A stretch of DNA of 64,000 nucleotides from the human T2T-CHM13v2.0 reference genome, Homo sapiens (GCF_009914755.1 NC_060947.1); one strand, 5' to 3'; positions 36,937-51,520 are shown, numbered from the stretch's first letter. Notes: a model not told the origin generated them from the letters alone. Program-made: numbers and translations.

Positions 36937-37413
36937 TCAAGAAGGTGAGGCAGGAGAATCGCTTGAACCCGGGAGATGGAGTGAGCCGGGATCATGCTGC
37001 TGCACTTCGGCCTGGGCAACAGAGCAAAAGTCCATTGCAATAAAATAAAATAAAACAATTGCTGCTCATTTTGGTATTATGATCTTTGAGCTCTGTTCTT
37101 GTTGCCTGTGTAATATTTGTTCAGCCAGTTCTCCCAACAGGATGTTAGCCCAGTGCGTCCAGATGATTGCTAATGTAGATGGAACTAACAAGATGGAACT
37201 TGATGCTGAACTCCAGACAAACATGCCTGATTTTTTTTTCCTTCTGGCCTCTTTGTGGCTCAAATGTTGCCCATGTCTCTGATATAGACTCCCTTACCTT
37301 TCTCTTGACATGGGACAAAGACAGCCGGCACAGGTCCATCCTGGCATGGAGTGACAATGAAGCCTCACTTTAAGATGGCTGATCAGTGAGGTTTTCAAAG
37401 AAAGATCTTCATC

Positions 37414-37653
37414 AAAAGAGGGAATGTGAAAGCTGATTGTGCAAACGAACCAGCTTCTCCAGTGCCAATGAGCCTCATTTCAAAACAATACGTAACATTT
37501 TTATTTCTAATAAAACTTCCAACTTCTCTTTGTTCGTTGGACATACTGAAGACCACCCCAGTCCGTGTGTATGCCCTGAACTGCAATTTTGTGGTTCCCA
37601 AATAGAGCATTTGATTTAGGGATTTGTCTCTATAACTCATTTTGACTTTGACA
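37414..37653 (+). mobile_element. ERV1 polypurine tract plus shortened 3' LTR (MER65-like); internal region 36312-37413; paralog 29769-30860 (minus)
   Basis: PPT aaaagagggaa directly followed by TG (37425); ends tttgaCA; subfamily assignment from memory. Confidence 0.6.
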
Positions 37654-38732
37654 CAATTAACCAGTATGATGTGTTGAAAGGTCAACTCGCCCCCCAACAA
37701 GGTGAGTATTATACTGAATTTAAAAATTCATTCTAGGCAGGGCTCAAGTCTGTAATCCTAATAATTGCTTTGCTTTGCTTTGCATCTTACTATGGACTTG
37801 TTGGATATCTAGGTGGCTGTAAACTATGCAGAGAAAAATAGAAACAGCAGTGGAGATAATCAGAAAATTGTAGTGTTCCTATAAAACAATAACAAAAGGG
37901 GGAAATTGTAAGGGTAACTAAACATAAAATTGAATTTTTCCCATTGCCAAAAGGGAAAAAGGAAAAAGAGCCCTTTCCCCTTTTCATCATGCCTGGCTCA
38001 TCGTTGTATTTTTGGTAGAGACAGGGTTTCCCCATGCTGGCCAGGCTGGTTTCAAGCTCCTGACCTCATGATCCGCCTGCCACAGCCTCCAAAGTGCTGG
38101 GATTACAGGCGTGAGCCACCACACCTGGCGTCTGCCTCCACTTTTGGATTTGGATTGTATGAAACACTACACTTTGGATTATATGAAACACTACACTTCA
38201 AAGTGTGGGATCTGGCTTCCCAGAGAGCTGTGAAAGGGGCAGATGATGCAATCTAGAAGTGTGGGGGTGTTCGTGCCTGTGGGGTAAATTTTGACCAATA
38301 AGAAAAGGAACCAGGAGTGAGAGTCAGGAACGTAATTCCCTCTCCTCTCCTCTCCCCATGCACCATTCCAGGAGGCATTGTTTCTCAGTATAGTCTGTCT
38401 AAAGGTGTCCTGTATGGCCCAAAGCCTGTTTCCTTGGGAACCTGAGCTAAAGCAATGGGCATTCAAACACCCGAAGACAGTGTTAAGTGTTGTGGAGGAC
38501 CCAGATCTGGGCAGAGGAAAATTATCCCAATAAGAAAATGGACAATTTGAGGATTTGGAATAGAGGGAAGGACTAGAAGAACTAATAGTAGTATAGCTGA
38601 GGGGTAATATTTTTGGAGAAAAAGGCAGTTCTGGTGATTTTTGCAGTGAACTGCTCAGCTCTGTAAAATATATACTTCCTTTCTTTCCATCAGTCTCCCC
38701 TATGAAATCGTCCATAAAATATCCTTTTATAA

Positions 38733-39101
<369 letters not shown>

Positions 39102-39406
39102 TGAGTCTTGTGCCAAAATGCAGGGGAAGATGCACCCAGACAGGTAACAAAATATTATATACGGTAATAGATAGGTTTTCTACATATCAATAATAACCAT
39201 TTAGAAAATCAAATTGAGAAAAAAGACACGTCTATAGTGACAAAAGTACATAAATATCTAAAACCAGATGATTGGAGCAAGATGGCAGATAGATCCCATG
39301 CCCCACCCAACATTCCATTGAACTGGGATGAAAATGTTTTCAAGGGTCAATTCTTAACAGTAGAGGAAAATAGGAAAGCGTGTCAGTGGTCCACCAGGAA
39401 TACTGA

Positions 39407-39649
<243 letters not shown>

Positions 39650-39917
39650 TAATTTTTGTATTTTTAGTAGAGACGGGGGTTTCACCCTGTTGGCCAGGCT
39701 GGTCTCAAACTCTTGATCTCAAGTGATCTGCCTGCCTCGGCCTCCCGAAGTGCTGATATTACAGTGTGGGTCACCGCGACCGCCCAGGAGACGCTCTTTG
39801 TAACAAAGCCTCTGAAAATCTCCAAACCCTGAATCAAAGAAAACACGGAGCTGGAAAGGGCCTTAGGAAAATCATCATGTAAGTTAATTTAAAAGTTCAT
39901 CAGAAACGTCTGAATCA

Positions 39918-40331
<414 letters not shown>

Positions 40332-42391
40332 TCAGGACTTGGTGTAACTTCAGCCCTTCACAGTAATAATGAAGTAGAGAAACACATTTGTGGAGAGGGG
40401 ACCATGTTCACTCTTTATCCATGATAGACAGATAGTCGGGAGCTTTATATACCCAAGGAACCTAAGGAAAAATGTTCCCTGTCATGACTCACAATCTTCC
40501 AGCCACCCTTCCTTGCACCTGTCTTGTGGGCTGGGGGACCCAACTTATGGATCCCATCATCCCAGGGAGAAAGAAAAGTCAAATCCTTCAGTATCTCTTT
40601 TAGGGTATTCTCTCCTCTTTGCATGGAGGATAAGGCACTCAATATCTAGTATCGGAATGTTACATTTGTGTAATACAGAACTATATTGGGATAAAATAGA
40701 ATTTGTTTCTTCTGAGACACAGGTAGAGGCACGTCCACACTGACCTGGGTGGAAGCCATCTCTTCCTGAAGTGCCAGGCAGGGCATGCTCACAGATCTGG
40801 GGAACCTCTGTTGCTCCTGGAGCCCCACAACCTCCTTCCTGGCACCCTCTCCCTCTGGTGGCTGTGACAGCCCACACTTGGCCTTGGGTATCCCCTGCTT
40901 CTTTGCCTGCCCCTCTTCTGCCCACCCTGCATATCTCTGTCTCCCACTGTCCCTGCTGTGACCATGACCGCCTCTCCCTCCCCGCACTCTCTCTCTCCTA
41001 GGGCTCCTTGTCTTGGGAAAATGAACCCACAGCCTCTACCTTGCAACTGGGGACAGAACCCGGAGTTTGTTCAATTCTCCCTCCCTCCACCACACACACC
41101 TGTCCTCCTTAATGTTTCTGAAGTCAGTGAGCTCCAAACTCAGCTCCTCCTGCACCTGCCAGCTGTAGGACCTGTGACAAGACACCTACCATCTGTCTGG
41201 GACTCTATCTCTCATCTATCATATAGGCATAATGATCATAGTGTTCTCCTTCCAAGGCTGGGGAGAACCAGGAGGCCAAGGTGATGGGGTATGAATGGTC
41301 AAAACAGCTCCAATCCTGCCTCCACCTGGGGCTGCTGTTTCAAGTCCGTTGTGTTTCAAGCATTAATGTCTCCATTCACACACAATGGTTTGTTCTAAAA
41401 CAGACTCCCCTCTGCCCTTCCCTTCCCCACAACTGTTTCACCTCTGCACCGTGCAGTGGTACCTGTGAGAAAGAACTGTCCCATTCCCAAATCATCGTCC
41501 CCACCCCAGCCCCCAGGCCCTTGGGTGGTGAGACCCTTGATGGGCAGTCTCATGCTTCTGTCCAGGGGACTTTCCCACCGTTGCTCCCCCGCATGGAGAC
41601 TAAGTGAACTCTTCTATTCCCTGGCCATCACAGGGTCTACAGTGCACGCATCTTCCCCATCCCTCTGCATTCCCCAGATGATGATTTCATCTGTGTCTCC
41701 TACCACATACTCCCAAATGGACCGTCCCAGCCCTAGAACCCGAAAATCGTTCAGAGAGCAAAGGCCAAGATTCCCAACCACCTGCTGCAGAATACTGCTC
41801 CAGGACTGAAGTGTATAGTCTCTATCAAAATAAAAACTGGAGGCCAGTTGCGGTGGCTCATGCCTGTAATCCCAACATTTTAGGAGGCCAAGATGGGAGG
41901 ATCGCTTTGGCCCAGGAGTTCGAGACCAGCCTGGGTAATATAGGGAGACTTTCTTGACAAAACCTGAAAAAATTAGTGGGTCATGATGGTGTGTGCCTGT
42001 AGTCACAGCTTCGCTGGAGGCTGAGGTGGGAGAATCGCTTGAGCCCAGGAGATCAAGGCTGCATTGAGCTATGATCATGCCACTGCACTCCAGCTTGGAC
42101 AGAGTAAGACCCTGTCTCTAGAAAAAAGCAAAAAAAACCCAACAACTGGAAACATCCTCCTCTAGAATGGTGGTCAGGAACATCTGTCTGCCCTGTTCCC
42201 TGATGTCTCTTCAGCACCTATAACAGCGCTCAGCACGAGGACGCACTCATTAGGGTTTTGTTGAATAAATGACTCCTTTGACACAGCAATTCCACTTCTA
42301 AGAATCTTTCCTAAAGAAATATTCACACAAGTGCACAGAGCTGTGTGCACAATAATGAGAGGAGCAAACAACTGGGGAACGTTTGCAAAGG

Positions 42392-42397
42392 TTTATT
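42392..42397 (-). terminator. SSX5: SSX5 polyadenylation signal AATAAA
   Basis: gttAATAAAcctttgcaaacg at the end of the 3'UTR exon; the paralogous site in the pseudogene is AATACA (22482-22487). Confidence 0.8.
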
Positions 42398-42522
42398 AAC
42401 TGGCAGTGACTGATAGAGGGGAATCGGATGAGGGGAGTACATGCTGAACAGGAAACAGAGTGAGGGGGGCTTGACCAGGACACATGGGGAAAAGCAGTTG
42501 GGAGATGCCTATACTGGTACTT

Positions 42523-42566
<44 letters not shown>

Positions 42567-42602
42567 CGCGCGCATGTGTGTCTGTGTGGCATGTGTGTGT
42601 GT
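42523..42602 (+). repeat. (TG)n(CG)n compound microsatellite in SSX5 3'UTR; paralog (CA)n at 22311-22349
   Basis: Directly visible. Confidence 0.95.
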
Positions 42603-43329
42603 TTGTGTAAATGCAGAGGAAAAAATCTGAAATTAAACACTCAGAACTGCCCTCAGTGGTCACATCTGGGAAGAGAGGAGGGTAGTGTTGTTCTATGCAG
42701 AGAATACCTGACGATACTTGTTTTCTGAGGTAGGTGCATGGATACACAAACCGAAATATGCATTAAGTATGTCTTGCTCATCAGTGAAAACGCTAATATC
42801 TAACAGAATGGCACACTGTAACAAAATACAACAGAAACACTAACATCGAACTCTTGGCACACTAAGAAAAATGACGCTCAACTTTTCACTGTTGTGAACA
42901 CTTGCTTTCACTTGCTATACACCTGATGACGAGGGATCCGCAGCCATGCCCATGTTCGTGAAAGGTCACCACGTTCTGCTTCTCATCATGGGCATGTGTC
43001 ATATCCCCGAGGCTGAGGCAAGAAGCGAGAAGGAAAGTAAGTGGCAGTGAGTTCCCACCACATGACAACTCAATCTCAACTCCTCCTGACCTGCAGACCC
43101 TGCCCACTCCGATTCTGCCCTACCTCAGGACCTGTACACGCCTTCCAAGGTTCCTTGAAGTGAACCATCTGCTCATACCACAGTGACTTCCTCGCCTGGG
43201 TTATCAATTCCTAGGCTAGAGGAAGGTGTGGCCCGCATATCAGTGCTGACCTGGGGTTTGGGAACCCACAGCATCCTGGGTAGGGAGGATCCCTGGATAT
43301 AGAGGGCAGGGAGTAGAAAGAGCATGGTT

Positions 43330-43647
<318 letters not shown>

Positions 43648-43786
43648 TCAGCCTCAATGCTGTACCCTAGAAAATTATGAGAAGGGAATGATTTGGGGAA
43701 CAACTGATAAGATGGGATACCAGTACCATAACAGAATAGCACATCTGCAAGGATGTGGGAGATGAGCCAAAGGTTCACTTACGGAG

Positions 43787-43887
43787 TTACTCGTCATCTT
43801 CCTGAGGGTCGCTGATCTCTTCATAAATCACCAGTTGCTTTCTCTCACGCACTCTGTGGGTCCAGGCATGTTTCCCCCTTTTGGGTC
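43787..43887 (-). CDS. SSX5: SSX5 exon 7, SSXRD repression domain: [33 protein letters not shown]
   Basis: Lies within ORF 43787..43975; catag acceptor; TAA at 43789-43787; donor GTAAGT 4 nt after the stop. Confidence 0.95.
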
Positions 43888-44207
43888 CTATGATGGAGAA
43901 GAGTTGGAAGATGAGGGTTGGGTAGATTGGAGAGGGTTGGGTTGATTGGAGAGTGTTAGGCTCTGTTTTCTCCAAAAAAGGAGATGCCTCCCCACCACCA
44001 AGTGCCCATGGGTCTTCTTTATCCAGTTTTTCACATTCTCTGGCTTAGAGAGGCTGAGACCTTAGACCCACACCAATACAGGCCAAATGCAAATTAAAGT
44101 TTTAGCTTCTGGCTCCTTCCGTTGTCAGGTTTAGATTCCCAACCTCTTCACTTACGGGAACATTCACCCTTACCTCCTTTCATTCAGCACGTATTTATTA
44201 AGGCCAC

Positions 44208-45899
44208 ACAGGCGTACCTTGTTTTATTGCACCTCATTTTCATACTGCTTCACAGATGTTGCAATTTTTTTTTTGGAAATTCTCACCAATTTTACACTTT
44301 TCCATTATTATTATATCTGTTATGGTGATTTGTGATCAGTGAGCTTTGATATTATTACTGCAATTGTTTTTATTGTTTTTTAGTCTTTTAAAATAATTTC
44401 TGTTTTTTATTTTTGTGGGTACACAGCAGGTGTATATACTTATGGGATACATGAGACGTTTTGATACAGGCATGCAAATGCGTAAAAATCACATCATGGA
44501 AAATAAGGGATCTATCCCCTCAAACATTTATCCTTGGTTACAATCAATCCATTTACACTCTTTTAGTTTTCATACTGCACAATTAAGTTATTATTGACTA
44601 TAATCACCCTGTTGTATGTAATTATTCTGGGGGTAACAGGAACTGCACTCATAGAAGTTGACAAACTTAATCGACAAATATTGTGTGTGTTCTGACTGCT
44701 CCACCGATGAGCTCTTCCCTGCCTCTCTTCCTTTTCTTGGGCATCTGTATTTCCTGAGACATATCAACACCGAAATTAGGAAGATTAACAACCCTACAAT
44801 GGCCGCTAAGTGTTGAAATGAAAGGAAGAGTCGCATGTCTCTCACTTTAAATCAGAAGCTAGAAATGGCTAAGCTTAGTGAGGAAGCATGCTGAAAGCCA
44901 AGACAGGCTGAAAGCTAAGCCTCTTGCACCAAACAGCCAAGCTGTGAATGCAAAGGAAAAGTTCTTGAAGGAAGTAATAGTATATAATGCAAAGGAAAAG
45001 TTCTTGAAGAAAATAATAATACTAATACTCCAGTGAACACAAGAATAAGAAAGCAAAACTGCCTTACTGCTTAAATGAGAAAGTGGTCAGGATAGAAGAC
45101 GAAACCAGCCACAACATTCCCTTAAGCCAAAGTCTAATTCAGGGCAAGACCCAAACTCTCTTCAAGTCCATGAATTCTGAGAGAGGTGAAGAAGCTGCAG
45201 GAGAAACGTGTGAAGCTAGCAGAGGTTGGTTCATGAGGTTTAAGGAAAGAAGCCGTCTCCATAACATAAAAGTGCAAGGTGAAGCAGCAAACCCTGATGG
45301 AGAAGCTGCAGCAAGTTATCCGGAAGATCTAGCTAAGATCACTGATGAAGGTGGCTACACTAAACAACAGATTTTCAATGTAGATAAAATAACCTTCTAT
45401 TGGAAGGAGATGCCATGTAGGACTTTCATAGCTAGAGAGCATTGACTTCAACTTTGAAAGAAGTTCTACTGTGGGTAAAATGCTATCCAAAAGCATCACA
45501 TACTACAGAGAAAGCATTCATGAACGGAAGAGCTAATCGATGTGGCAAATTTCATTGTTGTCTGTTGTGTTCTTTTATGAAACTGCCACAGCCACTCCAC
45601 CCTTCAGCAACCACCACCTTGATCAGCCAGCAGCCATCAACACCCAGGCAGGATCCTCCACCAGCAAAAAGAGTGTGACTCACTGAAGTCGCAGAAGATT
45701 ATTAGCATTTTATACAATGAATTATTTTAAAATTAAGATATATACATTTTGAGACACAATGCTAGTGCAAACTTAGTAGACTTCAGTATATTGTAAACAT
45801 AATGTTTTTATGCACTGCCAAACCAAGAAAAAAATGTGTGTGACTCACTTTATCGCAGTGGTCTGGAACTGAACATGCAATATCTCTGAAGTACACCTA
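44208..45899 (+). mobile_element. Tigger1 DNA transposon in SSX5 intron 6
   Basis: caggcgtaccttgttttattgc start; ORF 45083..45445 is a pogo/CENP-B-type transposase fragment. Confidence 0.9.
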
Positions 45900-46295
45900 T
45901 ATCGGGTAACAGGCATTGAGCTGAGTAAGATATGATCCCAGGTAATCACAGATGGAATTGCTTCAGCACCTTTCATGTCATCAGGCCTTCTAGACTTAAT
46001 TTAATGCCTCCAAACAATTTATGAACTGAGATTCTTTATTTCCAACTTATAAACTAGGAAACTGGAGCTAAGAAAATTTGGAAGACTTGCCCCAAGTCAC
46101 GTGGTTTTTTTATATGAATGACAACTCCAGTCTGTGTCTCTGGAAGTCATGTGTAACATCTCATCTGGAGCTGGGCGAGCTCCTCAGCCCAGCCTGGACC
46201 CAGGCTTGTCTGGGGTCCATGCCACACACCCAGTCCACACACCTGAACTTAGCGAGAAAAGCCAGAGTGGTTGTTCCCAAATTCTTTTCTCTTAC

Positions 46296-46431
46296 CAGAT
46301 GTCTTGTTAACCTTCTCAGAGGTATTTAGTTTTCCTGAGGGGCGCAGCTGTTTCCCATTGTTCTGTGGGCCAGATGCTTCTGGCACTCCCTTTGAATCAT
46401 TTCCTTCCTCTGCTGGCTTCTCGGGCGTGAT
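46296..46431 (-). CDS. SSX5: SSX5 exon 6: [45 protein letters not shown]
   Basis: 136 nt, lies within ORF 46249..46473, CTG|GTAAG donor. Confidence 0.95.
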
Positions 46432-47068
46432 CTTTATAATGTGAAGGTCACAGATAAACAGTATCAGTGACATTTCTTTAGTGCTTTAGAGCTTACAAAG
46501 AATCTTCACATGCATTACCTTAATCAATGTTCTCAACAATGCTAGGAGAGTTACACTTGCCTAAATTAGGAGAAACCTGGGAGGGGAGGTTAGATGGGAA
46601 AGGAATGGCCTAACTGAATATGGTTTCCAGGGATAGAATTCTTCTTATCTTCACACTGTTTTAAGACTGACATTCTTGCAAACAGCAAATATCTCCATGT
46701 AATTGAGAGTTTGGTATACAGAAGATTTGGAGCATAGCATTCTAAGAATTCACAAGGTCTACAAAGGGAAGAGTTTCCGTAAAATACAAGGGATCCCATA
46801 TAAGCTCGTAGACAGCTGCTGGGAGAGTAAATGTAAAGACATACAGAGGGGACAAAACACTGCTGAACAAGATGGTGTGGGGAGATGTATACAGGGAAGG
46901 GAGAGGGAAAGAAATGGTTTGCTGAAATTAATCCAGGCAGCAAAGAAAGCAGTACCAGATCTGGCATACCAGCCTACCGAGGCACCAACATTGAATGTGG
47001 AATTCAGTGAGGTGGTACCCATAACAATTCTGGTTGCATTGGGATGTATCACTGACCAACACTCTTAA

Positions 47069-47365
<297 letters not shown>

Positions 47366-48393
47366 CTTAGGCTACTTTTTATTCAGCTTCCTCACTTATG
47401 AAATAGTGAACAATACATGTAAAATAGGCTAAGGGAAGGCCTCTCTGAGCTTGTAAACACTGTTTAAATGTAGTAATAATAACAATTAATACCTTTCATG
47501 ATCCTTCTTTGAATTCGGTCTCCACACTGGCAACCCAACTCCCAGATCCCTTTACCCTCTAAACCAGAGTTGAATCTGCACTTGTAGGGTCACTAATTCA
47601 GGGGCCTCCGAGGGATCCCCTGGGCTGGGACTGGGACTTCCCGGATGCCCCAGGTGCAGACAAGGCCCTCAAGGAGCTCACAGTAGGGAGGGGCCAACAG
47701 TCAAAGCGATTCCTAAGCCATGCAAGTGGCCCCAGTAACAGATCAGAGACCAGATGGTCCTTCCTGTTGTGAGAGTGGGTCTCTCAATGGAAGCACCAGG
47801 AGGCCCTACGGGGTGAAGCCCTAGTGAGCAACATCTGAACTTCATAACAAATGCAAATGTGAATGAGCTTTAAATGGCTTGGAGCTCTGGATTAGACTAC
47901 CACTGCCACTGCGCCTCAGGAAAATTCTTTAACATCTCTATACCCGGATAGCCTCATTTTATTATTATGCTGCTGATAACTATGATCTAAAACATGAACT
48001 ATGATTCTTTACTTCCATTTCATGAACCAGGAATCCGGAGCTCAGAGGACTTAGAAGATTTGTGCCAAGTCGCCTGCCTTTTATATGGGTGACAACTGAA
48101 GTGTGTGACTCATTATTATTTGGAGATAATAGAAACAATGTCTTCTTAAGGATTAAATAAATTCATCCATGTGAACTGCTTAAAATAGTATTTGGCATCA
48201 CTATGAAAACAAAAGAAGTATTAAGGATCACAACTGTTAGTATTAGCAAGCCGTCGGTGCTACATCAGGTGTTGTGATAGACATAGGGAGAAGAAGGCAG
48301 TGAGGGCATTGTTGATATTCTCCCACTCTTACAGGGTTCACATTCGTGAAGGGACAAAGGTTCTCTGGTCCTTTAGATTTGAGAGACACTCAC

Positions 48394-48443
48394 CTTCGGG
48401 AAGATTCCCTGGAGCCTGCCGAAAGTCATCTGAGGATGTTCAA
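48394..48443 (-). CDS. SSX5: SSX5 exon 5: VEHPQMTFGRLQGIFPK
   Basis: 50 nt, tctttcag acceptor, AAG|GTGAGT donor. Confidence 0.93.
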
Positions 48444-49757
48444 CTGAAAGAGAATACATCAGAATTTTTCTTTGTTGGTAAAGATTTCCAAACTCTAGAG
48501 AGACTTCAGTTGCATGAGGGCATTCTGCAGCAGAGGTTATGAGTCCACTGATTGTTGAGGAGTTATTTGAGATTTGCTTCTGAATTATGTTTAGTCATGG
48601 TTGGTGCATTTATCTGTGGCATCAATTCAGAATTTTCCATCTCATGGTTTATCACATGGGGACTAAACCCCATCACAGTCTCATCTTTTTCCATTACATA
48701 TCTTTTACTTATTCTCAAATAATTAAATTGATTGGTTGGGAATCTGAACTGTATCCACTCAAGATGTACAACAACTGAAAATCATTTTACACTTCAAATG
48801 GGTGAATCTTATGGTATGTGAATTAAGCTGTTAAATGTGTGATGAACCATGGATGATTTAGTCCAGTGGCTCTGAAATATTTTCAGTACAAAGACAGTCC
48901 TTTAACGTCAAAAACTTGGCAGATACTCAAGCACTGGCTTTTCAGATCTCTTATAGTGATTGTGGGAGATTGTAGAGTCTGGCCTGTTTAGTTGGCGAGT
49001 AATAGGTCTATTGGAGACAGTTTGGACTTTCTGACCTTGTCTTATAATTGTGTTGTCAGAGCAGAAGAGCAAGTAAACACATATGTCCCCTTTATATCCC
49101 TGAAATGTACAAAGATCTCTACCGAAGAACCTGTCTTTTTTTCACCCCATGTTATCTCTCCTCACTGACAAGTGGGAAAGCTCTCTGTGTGTTGGATGAG
49201 GGATCACTCTTTCAAACTCACTCCCGAGCTCATCACAGAGAATCAGGGTTCTTTGGGAATTAGAGGACTATTTGGTTTTGATAAAATACAGGGAAACAGC
49301 AGTGCTTATTACATAATGTGTTCATCACCTTCACTCCTAAGATAGTTATTCAAACCCACATGCTGTTAATGAAACAAACTCTGGAAGTTTTTGGCGGATC
49401 TACAGTTGTAACATTTTCTTTTTTTTTTTTTCACTTGTAACATTTTCTTAACTGTCCTTTGATTCATTAACAGTGCTTAGGAAGAACAACATGTCGTTTA
49501 AAAAAGAAATATTTCAAACACACAGAAAAGTATGGGGAATAATATTGAGTCCAGTCGGATCTCAACATTACCCCACAGCTATTTTAGATCTGATTTATTT
49601 ATTCAGAATATTAGAAATACTACAAACAGGCTGGGCGTGGTAACTCACAGTTGTAATCCCAGCACTTTGGGAGGCTGCGGCGGGTGGATCACCTGAGGTC
49701 AGGAAGTTTGAGACCAGCCTGGCCAACATGGTGAAACCCCATCTCTACCAAAAATTA

Positions 49758-49910
<153 letters not shown>

Positions 49911-50291
49911 TCAAAAACAAAAACACACAAAACACACTATCAACAAGTCACAGCTGAAGCTGTCTGTGCCGCACTCAGCAATCCCTGCCCGCCCTCCCTC
50001 CCTCCTCCACTTACAGCCAGTCACCTTAATTTGATGGCTTTTTATTCACATTCATGTTTGTATACATTTACCATTTACTTATTATCTATAAAAATACATA
50101 TTCTTGTTTTGCATGTTTTAAAATTTTATATGAATGGCCTCTGTAGTTAACTTTATGCATGCAATTTTTTTTTTTTCACTCAGCCCTGATGTGTATGAGG
50201 GAACAAATGCCTGAGGATCTTTCCCAGGTAGCTGAGCTGAAAAGCAGCTGCGCTTGAGGAGACCCTTTCCAGCCCCTTCCCATCTACTCAC

Positions 50292-50387
50292 CCTGATTCC
50301 CACGGTTAGGGTCATTATCAAAATCATTCCCCTGGAAGTCTGCGACCCGTTTATTACGCATGAAAGGTGGGAGGGTGGCCTTGAAAC
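50292..50387 (-). CDS. SSX5: SSX5 exon 4: [32 protein letters not shown]
   Basis: 96 nt, AG/GT boundaries, open frame. Confidence 0.93.
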
Positions 50388-50901
50388 CTAGAAAGAAGCA
50401 AAATGTTTATTCCTTAAGAGACAAGCTTAGGCCTGGTATGGTGGCTCATGTCTGTAGTAGCAGCTCTTTGGGAGGCTGAAGCTGGAGGATTGCTTGAGGC
50501 CAGGAGTTTGAGGCTGCAGTGAGCTATGATTGCACTACTGCACTCTAGCCTAGGTGACAGACTGAGACTCTAAGTCAAAAAAAAAAAGAAAGAGACAAGC
50601 CGAGAGAAGGAAGGTAGGGACGATGGGGGGGTGCCAGATGCCACAGAGACAGTTGGGCTCATCAGAACAGACTCCTAAGGGAGAGAAACGTGCAGGATCC
50701 AGGTATGAGCTCCACTGTGGCCAGTCCCTGCCCTCAGCCCTGACAAGATACAGAAGAGCAGAGCACCCAGAAGCTGCCTTGCCATTTTTCCCTGCACAAA
50801 AGGAAAACGTGGGGTACTTTCTGCAGCCTAAGAAATAGCCAAAGCTGGAAAAGGGATGCTCATGTATCCCCAGACTGTCTGTACCTAGAACTTTCTGTTA
50901 C

Positions 50902-51016
50902 CTAGTTTAGTCATGGCCTCATACTTTCTCTTCATATACACATAGATGATTTTCTCCGAGGCTTTCATCTTTTCCCACTCTTTCTCAGAGAAGTATTTGG
51001 CAATATCATCGAAGGC
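50902..51016 (-). CDS. SSX5: SSX5 exon 3, KRAB-related domain: [38 protein letters not shown]
   Basis: Poly-T/ctag acceptor, CTAG|GTAAC donor, KRAB-A-like translation. Confidence 0.95.
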
Positions 51017-51168
51017 CTAGAAAAAAAAAAAGGATTTCTGATAGTGACTCAGCTAGGCATGTCTGCCATTCAGCTGGAGCCGCTTCCTGTGTGCTGGATC
51101 TGGGAAGTAGGGATGATAATCCGTCCTGGTTGATGCCATGGCTAACTGACAGAACATGGGGCACCTAC

Positions 51169-51291
51169 CCTAGCTTCTCCCCTGCCACACAGTAGAGCTT
51201 TAATGCTGCTGGCTGGCTCTCTTCCCACCTTCCAGAACGGACTGAGATTCACCAAATGTATTCCACGGTCACAGACTTGTCTCCAGGGATG
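51169..51291 (-). CDS. SSX5: SSX5 alternative in-frame cassette exon (123 nt, 41 aa: HPWRQVCDRGIHLVNLSPFWKVGREPASSIKALLCGRGEAR)
   Basis: Acceptor cacctag, donor AGG|GTAGGT, open frame, length a multiple of 3; matches the longer SSX5 isoform as recalled. Confidence 0.85.
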
Positions 51292-51451
51292 CTAGGTGAT
51301 GACAGAGCGAGAGTGAGAGGCTCCCAAGGTTCCAGATGTCCCCGGAGACCCTGGTCCTTGTCCCCAGTACCTCTGTCCTCCCCTCCTCAGAAAACTGATC
51401 ACCCCACACTGTCCCCTGGGCCACTACTATGCCCCCTGCAGGTCACCTCAC

Positions 51452-51520
51452 CTTTTGCATCTTCTGTGGTATTTGAGAACCAACCCTAGGTCTCCGTACA
51501 AAGGCATCGTCTCCGTTCAT
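51452..51520 (-). CDS. SSX5: SSX5 first coding exon (exon 2): MNGDDAFVRRPRVGSQIPQKMQK
   Basis: GCC-ATG at 51520; donor AAG|GTGAG; acceptor ttgtag at 51541-51542. Confidence 0.95.

Noticed and set aside
38140-38200. Short tandem duplications (26 bp here; 39 bp at ~19930-20005; 16 bp at ~57885)
   Set aside because: Ordinary slippage duplications with no sign of function.
45083-45445. Transposase-like ORF (also 19547..19918) as a domesticated TIGD gene
   Set aside because: Short fragment of an internally deleted Tigger1 with stops and frameshifts nearby.
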